Positions 37,801-52,800 of a DNA stretch of 64,000 nt are shown one piece after another. Position 1 is the first letter of the stretch. Each line of letters opens with the position of its first letter. Position numbers and translations under genes: made by a program. Source of the stretch: Eledone cirrhosa (taxonomy: Eukaryota); assembly GCA_964016885.1 (NCBI GenBank), contig OZ024751.1, positions 50,468,001-50,532,000 of the forward strand, in the 5' to 3' direction. The notes beneath the pieces were generated by a model that saw nothing but the letters and a program-made list of their open reading frames with translations, was not told where the DNA came from and searched no databases.

Positions 37801-40800
37801 TGTAACCATATACAGTATTTCCCATTGACTGTGGACCACTGTGTCAGGTCATGTAACCATATACAGTATTTCCCATTGACTGTGGACCACTGTGTCAGGT
37901 CATGTAACCATATACAGTCTTTCTCATTGTCTGTGGACCACTATGTCAGGTCATGTAACCTTATACAGTGTTTCTCATTGACTGTGGACCACTGTCAGGT
38001 CATGTAACCATATACAGTAATCCCATTGACTGTGGACCACTGTGTCAGGTCATGTAACCATATACAGTGTTTCTCATTAACTGTGGACCACTGTCAGGTC
38101 ATGTAACCATATACAGTAATCCCATTGACTGTGGACCACTATGTCAGGTCATGTAACCATATACAGTGTTTCTCATTGACTGTGGACCACTGTCAGGTCA
38201 TGTAACCATATACAGTAATCCCATTGACTGTGGACCACTGTGTCAGGTCATGTAACCATATACAGTATTTCCCATTGACTGTGGACCACTGTGTCAGGTC
38301 ATGTAACCATATACAGTCTTTCTTATTGACTGTGGACCACTGTGTCAGGTCATGTAACCATATACAGTACTTCCCATTGACTGTGGACCACTGTGTCAGG
38401 TCATGTAACCATATAAGTCTTTCTCATTGACTGTGGACCACTATTTCAGGGCATGTAACCATATACAGTATTTCCCATTGACTGTGGACCACTGTGTCAG
38501 GTCATGTAACCATATACAGTATTTCCCATTGACTGTGGACCACTGTGTCAGGTCATGTAACCATATAAGTCTTTCTCATTGACTGTGGACCACTGTGTCA
38601 GGTCATGTAACCATATACAGTCTTTCTTATTGACTGTGGACCACTATGTCAGGGCATGTAACCATATACAGTATTTCCCATTGACTGTGGACCACTGTGT
38701 CAGATCATGTAACCATATAAGTCTTTCTCATTGACTGTGGACCACTATGTCAGGTCATGTAACCATATACAGTCTTTCTCATTGACTGTGGACCACTGTG
38801 TCAGGTCATGTAACCATATACAGTCTTTCTCATTGTCTGTGGACCACTATGTCAGGTCATGTAACCATATAAGTCTTTCTCATTGACTGTGGACCACTTT
38901 GTCAGGTCATGTAACCATATACAGTCTTTCCCATTGACTGTGGACCACTATGTCAGGTCATGTAACCATATACAGTCTTTCCCATTGACTGTGGACCACT
39001 ATGTCAGGTCATGTAACCATATACAGTCTTTCCCATTGTCTGTGGACCACTATGTCAGGTCATGTAACCATATACAGTGTTTCTCATTGACTGTGGACCA
39101 CTGTCAGGTCATGTAACCATATACAGTAATCCCATTGACTGTGGACCACTGTGTCAGGTCATGTAACCATATACAGTATTTCCCATTGACTGTGGACCAC
39201 TGTGTCAGGTCATGTAACCATATACAGTATTTCCCATTGACTGTGGACCACTGTGTCAGGTCATGTAACCATATACAGTCTTTCTCATTGTCTGTGGACC
39301 ACTATGTCAGGTCATGTAACCTTATACAGTGTTTCTCATTGACTGTGGACCACTGTCAGGTCATGTAACCATATACAGTAATCCCATTGACTGTGGACCA
39401 CTGTGTCAGGTCATGTAACCATATACAGTGTTTCTCATTGACTGTGGACCACTGTCAGGTCATGTAACCATATACAGTAATCCCATTGACTGTGGACCAC
39501 TATGTCAGGTCATGTAACCATATACAGTGTTTCTCATTGACTGTGGACCACTGTCAGGTCATGTAACCATAAACAGTAATCCCATTGACTGTGGACCACT
39601 GTGTCAGGTCATGTAACCATATACAGTATTTCCCATTGACTGTGGACCACTGTGTCAGGTCATGTAACCATATACAGTATTCCCCATTGACTGTGGACCA
39701 CTGTGTCAGGTCATGTAACCATATACAGTCTTTCTCATTGTCTGTGGACCACTATGTCAGGTCATGTAACCTTATACAGTGTTTCTCATTGACTGTGGAC
39801 CACTGTCAGGTCATGTAACCATATACAGTAATCCCATTGACTGTGGACCACTGTGTCAGGTCATGTAACCATATACAGTACTTCCCATTGACTGTGGACC
39901 ACTGTGTCAGGTCATGTAACCATATACAGTATTTCCCATTGACTGTGGACCACTGTGTCAGGTCATGTAACCATATACAGTCTTTCTTATTGACTGTGGA
40001 CCACTATGTCAGGTCATGTAACCATATACAGTACTTCCCATTGACTGTGGACCACTGTGTCAGGTCATGTAACCATATAAGTCTTTCTCATTGACTGTGG
40101 GCCACTATGTCAGGTCATGTAACCATATACAGTCTTTCCCATTGTCTGTGGACCAGTATGTCAGGTCATGTAACCATATACAGTCTTTCCCATTGTCTGT
40201 GGACCACTATGTCAGGTCATGTAACCATATAAGTCTTTCTCATTGACTGTGGACCACTATGTCAGGTCATGTAACCATATACAGTATTCCCCATTGACTG
40301 TGGACCACTGTGTCAGGTCATGTAACCATATACAGTCTTTCTCATTGTCTGTGGACCACTATGTCAGGTCATGTAACCTTATACAGTGTTTCTCATTGAC
40401 TGTGGACCACTGTCAGGTCATGTAACCATATACAGTAATCCCATTGACTGTGGACCACTGTGTCAGGTCATGTAACCATATACAGTACTTCCCATTGACT
40501 GTGGACCACTGTGTCAGGTCATGTAACCATATACAGTATTTCCCATTGACTGTGGACCACTGTGTCAGGTCATGTAACCATATACAGTCTTTCTTATTGA
40601 CTGTGGACCACTGTGTCAGGTCATGTAACCATATACAGTACTTCCCATTGACTGTGGACCACTGTGTCAGGTCATGTAACCATATAAGTCTTTCTCATTG
40701 ACTGTGGACCACTATGTCAGGGCATGTAACCATATACAGTATTTCCCATTGACTGTGGACCACTGTGTCAGGTCATGTAACCATATACAGTATTTCCCAT

Positions 40801-43800
40801 TGACTGTGGACCACTGTGTCAGGTCATGTAACCATATAAGTCTTTCTCATTGACTGTGGACCACTGTGTCAGGTCATGTAACCATATACAGTCTTTCTTA
40901 TTGACTGTGGACCACTATGTCAGGGCATGTAACCATATACAGTATTTCCCATTGACTGTGGACCACTGTGTCAGGTCATGTAACCATATAAGTCTTTCTC
41001 ATTGACTGTGGACCACTATGTCAGGTCATGTAACCATATACAGTCTTTCTCATTGACTGTGGACCACTGTGTCAGGTCATGTAACCATATACAGTCTTTC
41101 TCATTGTCTGTGGACCACTATGTCAGGTCATGTAACCATATAAGTCTTTCTCATTGACTGTGGACCACTTTGTCAGGTCATGTAACCATATACAGTCTTT
41201 CCCATTGACTGTGGACCACTATGTCAGGTCATGTAACCATATACAGTCTTTCCCATTGACTGTGGGCCACTATGTCAGGTCATGTAACCATATACAGTCT
41301 TTCCCATTGTCTGTGGACCAGTATGTCAGGTCATGTAACCATATACAGTCTTTCCCATTGTCTGTGGACCACTATGTCAGGTCATGTAACCATATAAGTC
41401 TTTCTCATTGACTGTGGACCACTATGTCAGGTCATGTAACCATATAAGTCTTTCTCATTGACTGTGGACCACTGTGTCAGGTCATGTAACCATATACAGT
41501 ATTTCCCATTGACTGTGGACCACTGTGTCAGGTCATGTAACCATATACAGTCTTTCTCATTGTCTGTGGACCACTATGTCAGGTCATGTAACCATATAAG
41601 TCTTTCTCATTGACTGTGGACCACTGTGTCAGGTCATGTAACCATATACAGTCTTTCTCATTTACTGTGGACCACTATGTCAGGTCATGTAACCATATAC
41701 AGTCTTTCCCATTGACTGTGGACCACCATGTCAGGTCATGTAACCATATAAGTCTTTCTCATTGACTGTGGACCACTATGTCAGGTCATGTAACCATATA
41801 CAGTCTTTCCTTTTGGCTGTGGACCACTATGTCAGGTCAGGTAACCATATACAGTCTTTCTCATTGACTGTGGACCACTATGTCAGGTCAGGTAACCATA
41901 TACAGTCTTTCCCATTGTTTGTGGACCACTATGTGAGGTCATGTAACCATATACAGTCTTTCTCATTGGCTGTGGACCACTATGTCAGGTCATGTAACCA
42001 TATACAGTCTTTCCTTTTGGCTGTGGACCACTATGTCAGGTCATGTAACCATATACAGTCTTTCTCATTGACTGTGGACCACTGTGTCAGGTCATGTAAC
42101 CATATACAGTCTTTCTCATTGACTGTGGACCACTTTGTCAGGTCATGTAACCATATACAGTCTTTCTCATTGACTGTGGACCACTATGTCAGGTCATGTA
42201 ACCATATACAGTCTTTCCCATTGACTGTGGGCCACTATGTCAGGTCATGTAACCATATACAGTATTTCCCATTGACTGTGGACCACTGTGTCAGGTCATG
42301 TAACCATATACAGTCTTTCTCATTGTCTGTGGACCACTATGTCAGGTCATGTAACCATATAAGTCTTTCTCATTGACTGTGGACCACTGTGTCAGGTCAT
42401 GTAACCATATACAGTCTTTCTCATTTACTGTGGACCACTATGTCAGGTCATGTAACCATATACAGTCTTTCCCATTGACTGTGGGCCACTATGTCAGGTC
42501 ATGTAACCATATACAGTATTTCCCATTGACTGTGGACCACTATGTCAGGTCATGTAACCATATAAGTCTTTCTCATTGACTGTGGACCACTATGTCAGGT
42601 CATGTAACCATATACAGTCTTTCCTTTTGGCTGTGGACCACTATGTCAGGTCAGGTAACCATATACAGTCTTTCTCATTGACTGTGGACCACTATGTCAG
42701 GTCAGGTAACCATATACAGTCTTTCCCATTGTTTGTGGACCACTATGTGAGGTCATGTAACCATATACAGTCTTTCTCATTGGCTGTGGACCACTATGTC
42801 AGGTCATGTAACCATATACAGTCTTTCTCATTGACTGTGGACCACTATGTGAGGTCATGTAACCATATACAGTCTTTCTCATTGGCTGTGGACCACTATG
42901 TCAGGTCATGTAACCATATACAGTCTTTCTCATTGGCTGTGGGCCACTATGTCAGGTCATGTAACCATATACAGTCTTTCTCATTGGCTGTGGGCCACTA
43001 TGTCAGGTCAAGTAACCATATACAGTCTTTCACATTGACTGTGGACCACTATGTCAGGTCATGTAACCATATACAGTCTTTCTCATTGACTGTGGACCAC
43101 TATGTCAGGTCATGTAACCATATACATTCTTTCCCATTGACTGTGGACCACTATGTCAGGTCATGTAACCATATACAGTCTTTCCCATTGTCTGTAAACC
43201 ACTATGTCAGGTCATGTAACCATATACATTCTTTCCCATTGACTGTGGACCACTATGTCAGGTCATGTAACCATATACAGTCTTTCCCATTGTCTGTAAA
43301 CCACTATGTCAGGTCATGTAACCATATACAGTCTTTCCCATTGTTTCTGGACCACTATGTGAGGTCATGTAACCATATACAGTCTTTCTCATTGGCTGTG
43401 GGCCACTATGTCAGGTCATGTAACCATATACAGTCTTTCTCATTGGCTGTGGGCCACTATGTCAGGTCATGTAACCGTATACAGTCTTTCTCATTGACTG
43501 TGGACCACTATGTCAGGTCAGGTAACCATATACAGTCTTTCCCATTGTTTGTGGACCACTATGTGAGGTCATGTAACCATATACAGTCTTTCTCATTGAC
43601 TGTGGACCACTATGTCAGGTCAGGTAACCATATACAGTCTTTCCCATTGTTTGTGGGCCACTATGTGAGGTCATGTAACCATATACAGTCTTTCCCATTG
43701 ACTGTGGACCACTATGTCAGGTCATGTAACCATATACAGTATCTCCTTTTGGCTGTGGACCACTATGTCAGGTCATGTAACCATATACAGTCTTTCTCAT

Positions 43801-46800
43801 TGGATGTGGGCCACTATGTCAGGTCATGTAACCATATACAGTATCTCCTTTTGGCTGTGGACCACTATGTCAGGTCATGTAACCATATACAGTCTTTCTC
43901 ATTGACTGTGGACCACTGTGTCAGGTCATGTAACCATATACAGTCTTTCCCATTGACTGTGGACCACTATGTCAGGTCATGTAACCATATACAGTCTTTC
44001 TCATTGACTGTGGACCACTATGTCAGGTCATGTAACCATATACAGTCTTTCTCATTGGCTGTGGACCACTATGTCAGGTCATGTAACCATATACAGTCTT
44101 TCCCATTGACTGTGGGCCACTATGTCAGGTCATGTAACCATATACAGTATCTCCTTTTGGCTGTGGACCACTATGTCAGGTCAGGTAACCATATACAGTC
44201 TTTCTCATTGACTGTGGACCACTATGTCAGGTCAGGTAACCATATACAGTCTTTCCCATTGTTTGTGGACCACTATGTGAGGTCATGTAACCATATACAG
44301 TCTTTCTCATTAGCTGTGGGCCACTATGTCAGGTCATGTAACCATATACAGTCTTTTTCATTGGCTGTGGGCCACTATGTCAGGTCATGTAACCATATAC
44401 AGTATTTCCCATTGGCTGTGGACCACTATGTCAGGTCATGTAACCATATACAGTCTTTCTCATTGACTGTGGATCACTATGTCAGGTCATGTAACCATAT
44501 AGTCTTTCCCATTGTCTGTGGACCACTATGTCAGGTCATGTAACCATATACAGTCTTTCTCATTGACTGTGGACCACTGTCAGGTCATGTAACCATATAC
44601 AGTAATCCCATTGACTGTGGACCACTATGTCAGGGCATGTAACCATATACAGTCTTTCCCATTGACTGTGGACCACTATGTCAGGTCATGTAACCATATA
44701 AGTCTTTCTCATTGACTGTGGACCACTGTGTCAGGTCATGTAACCATATACAGTCTTTCTCATTGACTGTGGACCACTATGTCAGGTCATGTAACCATAT
44801 ACAGTCTTTCCCATTGTCTGTGGACCAATATGTCAGGTCATGTAACCATATACAGTCTTTCCCATTGTCTGTGGACCAATATGTCAGGTCATGTAACCTT
44901 ATACAGTATTTCCCATTGACTGTGGACCACTGTCAGGTCATGTAACCTTATACAGTATTTCCCATTGACTGTGGACCACTATGTCAGGTCATGTAACCAT
45001 ATACAGTCTTTCCCATTGTCTGTGGACCAATATGTCAGGTCATGTAACCATATACAGTCTTTCCCATTGTCTGTGGACCAATATGTCAGGTCATGTAACC
45101 TTATACAGTATTTCCCATTGACTGTGGACCACTGTCAGGTCATGTAACCTTATACAGTATTTCCCATTGACTGTGGACCACTATGTCAGGTCATGTAACC
45201 ATATACAGTCTTTCCCATTGACTGTGGACCACTATGTCAGGTCATGTAACCATATACAGTCTTTCTCATTGACTGTGGACCACTGTATCAGGTCATGTAA
45301 CCATATACAGTCTTTCTTATTGACTGTGGACCACTATGTCAGGTCATGTAACCATATACAGTCTTTCTCATTGACTGTGGACCACTGTGTCAGGTCATGT
45401 AACCATATACAGTCTTTCTCATTGACTGTGGACCACTGTATCAGGTCATGTAACCATATACAGTCTTTCTTATTGACTGTGGACCACTATGTCAGGTCAT
45501 GTAACCATATACAGTCTTTCCCATTGACTGTGGACCACTATGTCAGGTCATGTAACCATATACAGTAATCCCATTGACTGTGAACCACTGTGTCAGGTCA
45601 TGTAACCATATACAGTATTTCCCATTGACTGTGGACCACTATGTCAGGTCCTGTAACCATATAAGTCTTTCTCATTGACTGTGGACCACTATGTCAGGTC
45701 ATGTAACCATATACAGTCTTTCTCATTGACTGTGGACCACTGTGTCAGGTCATGTAACCATATACAGTCTTTCTCATTGTCTGTGGACCACTATGTCAGG
45801 TCATGTAACCATATACAGTCTTTGTCATTGTCTGTGGACCACTATGTCAGGTCATGTAACCATATAAGTCTTTATCATTGACTGTGGACCACTGTGTCAG
45901 GTCATGTAACCGTATACAGTCTTTCTCATTGTCTGTGGACCACTATGTCAGGTCATGTAACCATATACAGTATTTCCCATTGACTGTGGACCACTGTGTC
46001 AGGTCATGTAACCATATAAGTCTTTCTCATTGACTGTGGACCACTGTGTCAGGTCATGTAACCATATACAGTCTTTCTCATTGGCTGTGGACCACTATGT
46101 CAGGTCATGTAACCATATACAGTCTTTCTCATTGGCTGTGGACCACTATGTCAGGTCATGTAACCATATACAGTCTTTCTCATTGACTGTGGACCACTGT
46201 CAGGTCATGTAACCATATACAGTAATCCCATTGACTGTGGACCACTATGTCAGGTCAAGTAACCATATACAGTCTTTCACATTGACTGTGGGCCACTATG
46301 TCAGGTCATGTAACCATATACAGTATTTCCCATTATCTGTGGACCACTATGTCAGGTCATGTAACCATATACAGTCTTTCTCATTGACTGTGGGCCACTA
46401 TGTCAGGTCATGTAACCATATACAGTCTTTCCCATTGACTGTGGACAACTATGTCAGGTCATGTAACCATATACAGTCTTTCCCATTGACTGTGGACCAC
46501 TATGTCAGGTCATGTAACCATATACAGTCTTTCCCATTGACTGTGGACCACTATGTCAGGTCATGTAACCATATAAGTCTTTCTCATTGACTGTGGACCA
46601 CTGTGTCAGGTCATGTAACCATATAAGTCTTTCTCATTGACTGTGGACCACTGTGTCAGGTCATGTAACCATATACAGTCTTTCTCATTGGCTGTGGACC
46701 ACTATGTCAGGTCATGTAACCATATACAGTATTTCCCATTGACTGTGGACCACTATGTCAAGTCATGTAACCATATACAGTCTTTCTCATTGACTGTGGA

Positions 46801-49800
46801 CCACTGTCAGGTTATGTAACCATATACAGTAATCCCATTGACTGTGGACCACTATGTCAGGTCAAGTAACCATATACAGTCTTTCCCATTGGCTGTGGAC
46901 CACTATGTCAGGTCATGTAACCATATACAGTCTTTCCCATTGACTGTGGACCACTATATCAGGTCATGTAACCATATACAGTCTTTCCCATTGACTGTGG
47001 GCCACTATGTCAGGTCATGTAACCATATACAGTCTTTCCCATTGACTGTGGACAACTATGTCAGGTCATGTAACCATATACAGTCTTTCCCATTGACTGT
47101 GGACCACTATGTCAGGTCATGTAACCATATACAGTCTTTCCCATTGACTGTGGACCACTGTGTCAGGTCATGTAACCATATACAGTCTTTCTCATTGTCT
47201 GTGGACCACTATGTCAGGTCATGTAACCATATAAGTCTTTCTCATTGACTGTGGACCACTGTGTCAGGTCATGTAACCATATACAGTCTTTCTCATTTAC
47301 TGTGGACCACTATGTCAGGTCATGTAACCATATACAGTCTTTCCCATTGACTGTGGACCACCATGTCAGGTCATGTAACCATATAAGTCTTTCTCATTGA
47401 CTGTGGACCACTATGTCAGGTCATGTAACCATATACAGTCTTTCCTTTTGGCTGTGGACCACTATGTCAGGTCAGGTAACCATATACAGTCTTTCTCATT
47501 GACTGTGGACCACTATGTCAGGTCAGGTAACCATATACAGTCTTTCCCATTGTTTGTGGACCACTATGTGAGGTCATGTAACCATATACAGTTTTTCTCA
47601 TTGGCTGTGGACCACTATGTCAGGTCATGTAACCATATACAGTCTTTCCTTTTGGCTGTGGACCACTATGTCAGGTCATGTAACCATATACAGTCTTTCT
47701 CATTGACTGTGGACCACTGTGTCAGGTCATGTAACCATATACAGTCTTTCTCATTGACTGTGGACCACTTTGTCAGGTCATGTAACCATATACAGTCTTT
47801 CTCATTGACTGTGGACCACTATGTCAGGTCATGTAACCATATACAGTCTTTCCCATTGACTGTGGGCCACTATGTCAGGTCATGTAACCATATACAGTAT
47901 TTCCCATTGACTGTGGACCACTGTGTCAGGTCATGTAACCATATACAGTCTTTCTCATTGTCTGTGGACCACTATGTCAGGTCATGTAACCATATAAGTC
48001 TTTCTCATTGACTGTGGACCACTGTGTCAGGTCATGTAACCATATACAGTCTTTCTCATTTACTGTGGACCACTATGTCAGGTCATGTAACCATATACAG
48101 TCTTTCCCATTGACTGTGGGCCACTATGTCAGGTCATGTAACCATATACAGTATTTCCCATTGACTGTGGACCACTATGTCAGGTCATGTAACCATATAA
48201 GTCTTTCTCATTGACTGTGGACCACTATGTCAGGTCATGTAACCATATACAGTCTTTCCTTTTGGCTGTGGACCACTATGTCAGGTCAGGTAACCATATA
48301 CAGTCTTTCTCATTGACTGTGGACCACTATGTCAGGTCAGGTAACCATATACAGTCTTTCCCATTGTTTGTGGACCACTATGTGAGGTCATGTAACCATA
48401 TACAGTCTTTCTCATTGGCTGTGGACCACTATGTCAGGTCATGTAACCATATACAGTCTTTCTCATTGACTGTGGACCACTATGTGAGGTCATGTAACCA
48501 TATACAGTCTTTCTCATTGGCTGTGGACCACTATGTCAGGTCATGTAACCATATACAGTCTTTCTCATTGGCTGTGGGCCACTATGTCAGGTCATGTAAC
48601 CATATACAGTCTTTCTCATTGGCTGTGGGCCACTATGTCAGGTCAAGTAACCATATACAGTCTTTCACATTGACTGTGGACCACTATGTCAGGTCATGTA
48701 ACCATATACAGTCTTTCTCATTGACTGTGGACCACTATGTCAGGTCATGTAACCATATACATTCTTTCCCATTGACTGTGGACCACTATGTCAGGTCATG
48801 TAACCATATACAGTCTTTCCCATTGTGTGTAAACCACTATGTCAGGTCATGTAACCATATACATTCTTTCCCATTGACTGTGGACCACTATGTCAGGTCA
48901 TGTAACCATATACAGTCTTTCCCATTGTCTGTAAACCACTATGTCAGGTCATGTAACCATATACAGTCTTTCCCATTGTTTCTGGACCACTATGTGAGGT
49001 CATGTAACCATATACAGTCTTTCTCATTGGCTGTGGGCCACTATGTCAGGTCATGTAACCATATACAGTCTTTCTCATTGGCTGTGGGCCACTATGTCAG
49101 GTCATGTAACCATATACAGTCTTTCTCATTGGCTGTGGGCCACTATGTCAGGTCATGTAACCGTATACAGTCTTTCTCATTGACTGTGGACCACTATGTC
49201 AGGTCAGGTAACCATATACAGTCTTTCCCATTGTTTGTGGACCACTATGTGAGGTCATGTAACCATATACAGTCTTTCTCATTGACTGTGGACCACTATG
49301 TCAGGTCAGGTAACCATATACAGTCTTTCCCATTGTTTGTGGGCCACTATGTGAGGTCATGTAACCATATACAGTCTTTCCCATTGACTGTGGACCACTA
49401 TGTCAGGTCATGTAACCATATACAGTATCTCCTTTTGGCTGTGGACCACTATGTCAGGTCATGTAACCATATACAGTCTTTCTCATTGGATGTGGGCCAC
49501 TATGTCAGGTCATGTAACCATATACAGTATCTCCTTTTGGCTGTGGACCACTATGTCAGGTCATGTAACCATATACAGTCTTTCTCATTGACTGTGGACC
49601 ACTGTGTCAGGTCATGTAACCATATACAGTCTTTCCCATTGACTGTGGACCACTATGTCAGGTCATGTAACCATATACAGTCTTTCTCATTGACTGTGGA
49701 CCACTATGTCAGGTCATGTAACCATATACAGTCTTTCTCATTGGCTGTGGACCACTATGTCAGGTCATGTAACCATATACAGTCTTTCCCATTGACTGTG

Positions 49801-52800
49801 GGCCACTATGTCAGGTCATGTAACCATATACAGTATCTCCTTTTGGCTGTGGACCACTATGTCAGGTCAGGTAACCATATACAGTCTTTCTCATTGACTG
49901 TGGACCACTATGTCAGGTCAGGTAACCATATACAGTCTTTCCCATTGTTTGTGGACCACTATGTGAGGTCATGTAACCATATACAGTCTTTCTCATTGGC
50001 TGTGGGCCACTATGTCAGGTCATGTAACCATATACAGTCTTTCTCATTGGCTGTGGGCCACTATGTCAGGTCATGTAACCATATACAGTATTTCCCATTG
50101 GCTGTGGACCACTATGTCAGGTCATGTAACCATATACAGTCTTTCTCATTGACTGTGGATCACTATGTCAGGTCATGTAACCATATAGTCTTTCCCATTG
50201 TCTGTGGACCACTATGTCAGGTCATGTAACCATATACAGTCTTTCTCATTGACTGTGGACCACTGTCAGGTCATGTAACCATATACAGTAATCCCATTGA
50301 CTGTGGACCACTATGTCAGGGCATGTAACCATATACAGTCTTTCTCATTGACTGTGGACCACTATGTCAGGTCATGTAACCATATACAGTCTTTCCCATT
50401 GTCTGTGGACCAATATGTCAGGTCATGTAACCATATACAGTCTTTCCCATTGTCTGTGGACCAATATGTCAGGTCATGTAACCTTATACAGTATTTCCCA
50501 TTGACTGTGGACCACTGTCAGGTCATGTAACCTTATACAGTATTTCCCATTGACTGTGGACCACTATGTCAGGTCATGTAACCATATACAGTCTTTCCCA
50601 TTGTCTGTGGACCAATATGTCAGGTCATGTAACCATATACAGTCTTTCCCATTGTCTGTGGACCAATATGTCAGGTCATGTAACCTTATACAGTATTTCC
50701 CATTGACTGTGGACCACTGTCAGGTCATGTAACCTTATACAGTATTTCCCATTGACTGTGGACCACTATGTCAGGTCATGTAACCATATACAGTCTTTCC
50801 CATTGACTGTGGACCACTATGTCAGGTCATGTAACCATATACAGTCTTTCTCATTGACTGTGGACCACTGTATCAGGTCATGTAACCATATACAGTCTTT
50901 CTTATTGACTGTGGACCACTATGTCAGGTCATGTAACCATATACAGTCTTTCTCATTGACTGTGGACCACTGTGTCAGGTCATGTAACCATATACAGTCT
51001 TTCTCATTGACTGTGGACCACTGTATCAGGTCATGTAACCATATACAGTCTTTCTTATTGACTGTGGACCACTATGTCAGGTCATGTAACCATATACAGT
51101 CTTTCCCATTGACTGTGGACCACTATGTCAGGTCATGTAACCATATACAGTAATCCCATTGACTGTGAACCACTGTGTCAGGTCATGTAACCATATACAG
51201 TATTTCCCATTGACTGTGGACCACTATGTCAGGTCCTGTAACCATATAAGTCTTTCTCATTGACTGTGGACCACTATGTCAGGTCATGTAACCATATACA
51301 GTCTTTCTCATTGACTGTGGACCACTGTGTCAGGTCATGTAACCATATACAGTCTTTCTCATTGTCTGTGGACCACTATGTCAGGTCATGTAACCATATA
51401 CAGTCTTTGTCATTGTCTGTGGACCACTATGTCAGGTCATGTAACCATATAAGTCTTTATCATTGACTGTGGACCACTGTGTCAGGTCATGTAACCGTAT
51501 ACAGTCTTTCTCATTGACTGTGGACCACTATGTCAGGTCATGTAACCATATAAGTCTTTCTCATTGACTGTGGACCACTGTGTCAGGTCATGTAACCATA
51601 TAAGTCTTTCTCATTGACTGTGGACCACTGTGTCAGGTCATGTAACCATATACAGTCTTTCTCATTGGCTGTGGACCACTATGTCAGGTCATGTAACCAT
51701 ATACAGTCTTTCTCATTGGCTGTGGACCACTATGTCAGGTCATGTAACCATATACAGTCTTTCTCATTGACTGTGGACCACTGTCAGGTCATGTAACCAT
51801 ATACAGTAATCCCATTGACTGTGGACCACTATGTCAGGTCAAGTAACCATATACAGTCTTTCACATTGACTGTGGGCCACTATGTCAGGTCATGTAACCA
51901 TATACAGTATTTCCCATTATCTGTGGACCACTATGTCAGGTCATGTAACCATATACAGTCTTTCTCATTGACTGTGGGCCACTATGTCAGGTCATGTAAC
52001 CATATACAGTCTTTCCCATTGACTGTGGACAACTATGTCAGGTCATGTAACCATATACAGTCTTTCCCATTGACTGTGGACCACTATGTCAGGTCATGTA
52101 ACCATATACAGTCTTTCCCATTGACTGTGGACCACTATGTCAGGTCATGTAACCATATAAGTCTTTCTCATTGACTGTGGACCACTGTGTCAGGTCATGT
52201 AACCATATAAGTCTTTCTCATTGACTGTGGACCACTGTGTCAGGTCATGTAACCATATACAGTCTTTCTCATTGGCTGTGGACCACTATGTCAGGTCATG
52301 TAACCATATACAGTATTTCCCATTGACTGTGGACCACTATGTCAAGTCATGTAACCATATACAGTCTTTCTCATTGACTGTGGACCACTGTCAGGTTATG
52401 TAACCATATACAGTAATCCCATTGACTGTGGACCACTATGTCAGGTCAAGTAACCATATACAGTCTTTCCCATTGGCTGTGGACCACTATGTCAGGTCAT
52501 GTAACCATATACAGTCTTTCCCATTGACTGTGGACCACTATATCAGGTCATGTAACCATATACAGTCTTTCCCATTGACTGTGGGCCACTATGTCAGGTC
52601 ATGTAACCATATACAGTCTTTCCCATTGACTGTGGACAACTATGTCAGGTCATGTAACCATATACAGTCTTTCCCATTGACTGTGGACCACTATGTCAGG
52701 TCATGTAACCATATACAGTCTTTCCCATTGACTGTGGACCACTGTGTCAGGTCATGTAACCATATACAGTCTTTCTCATTGTCTGTGGACCACTATGTCA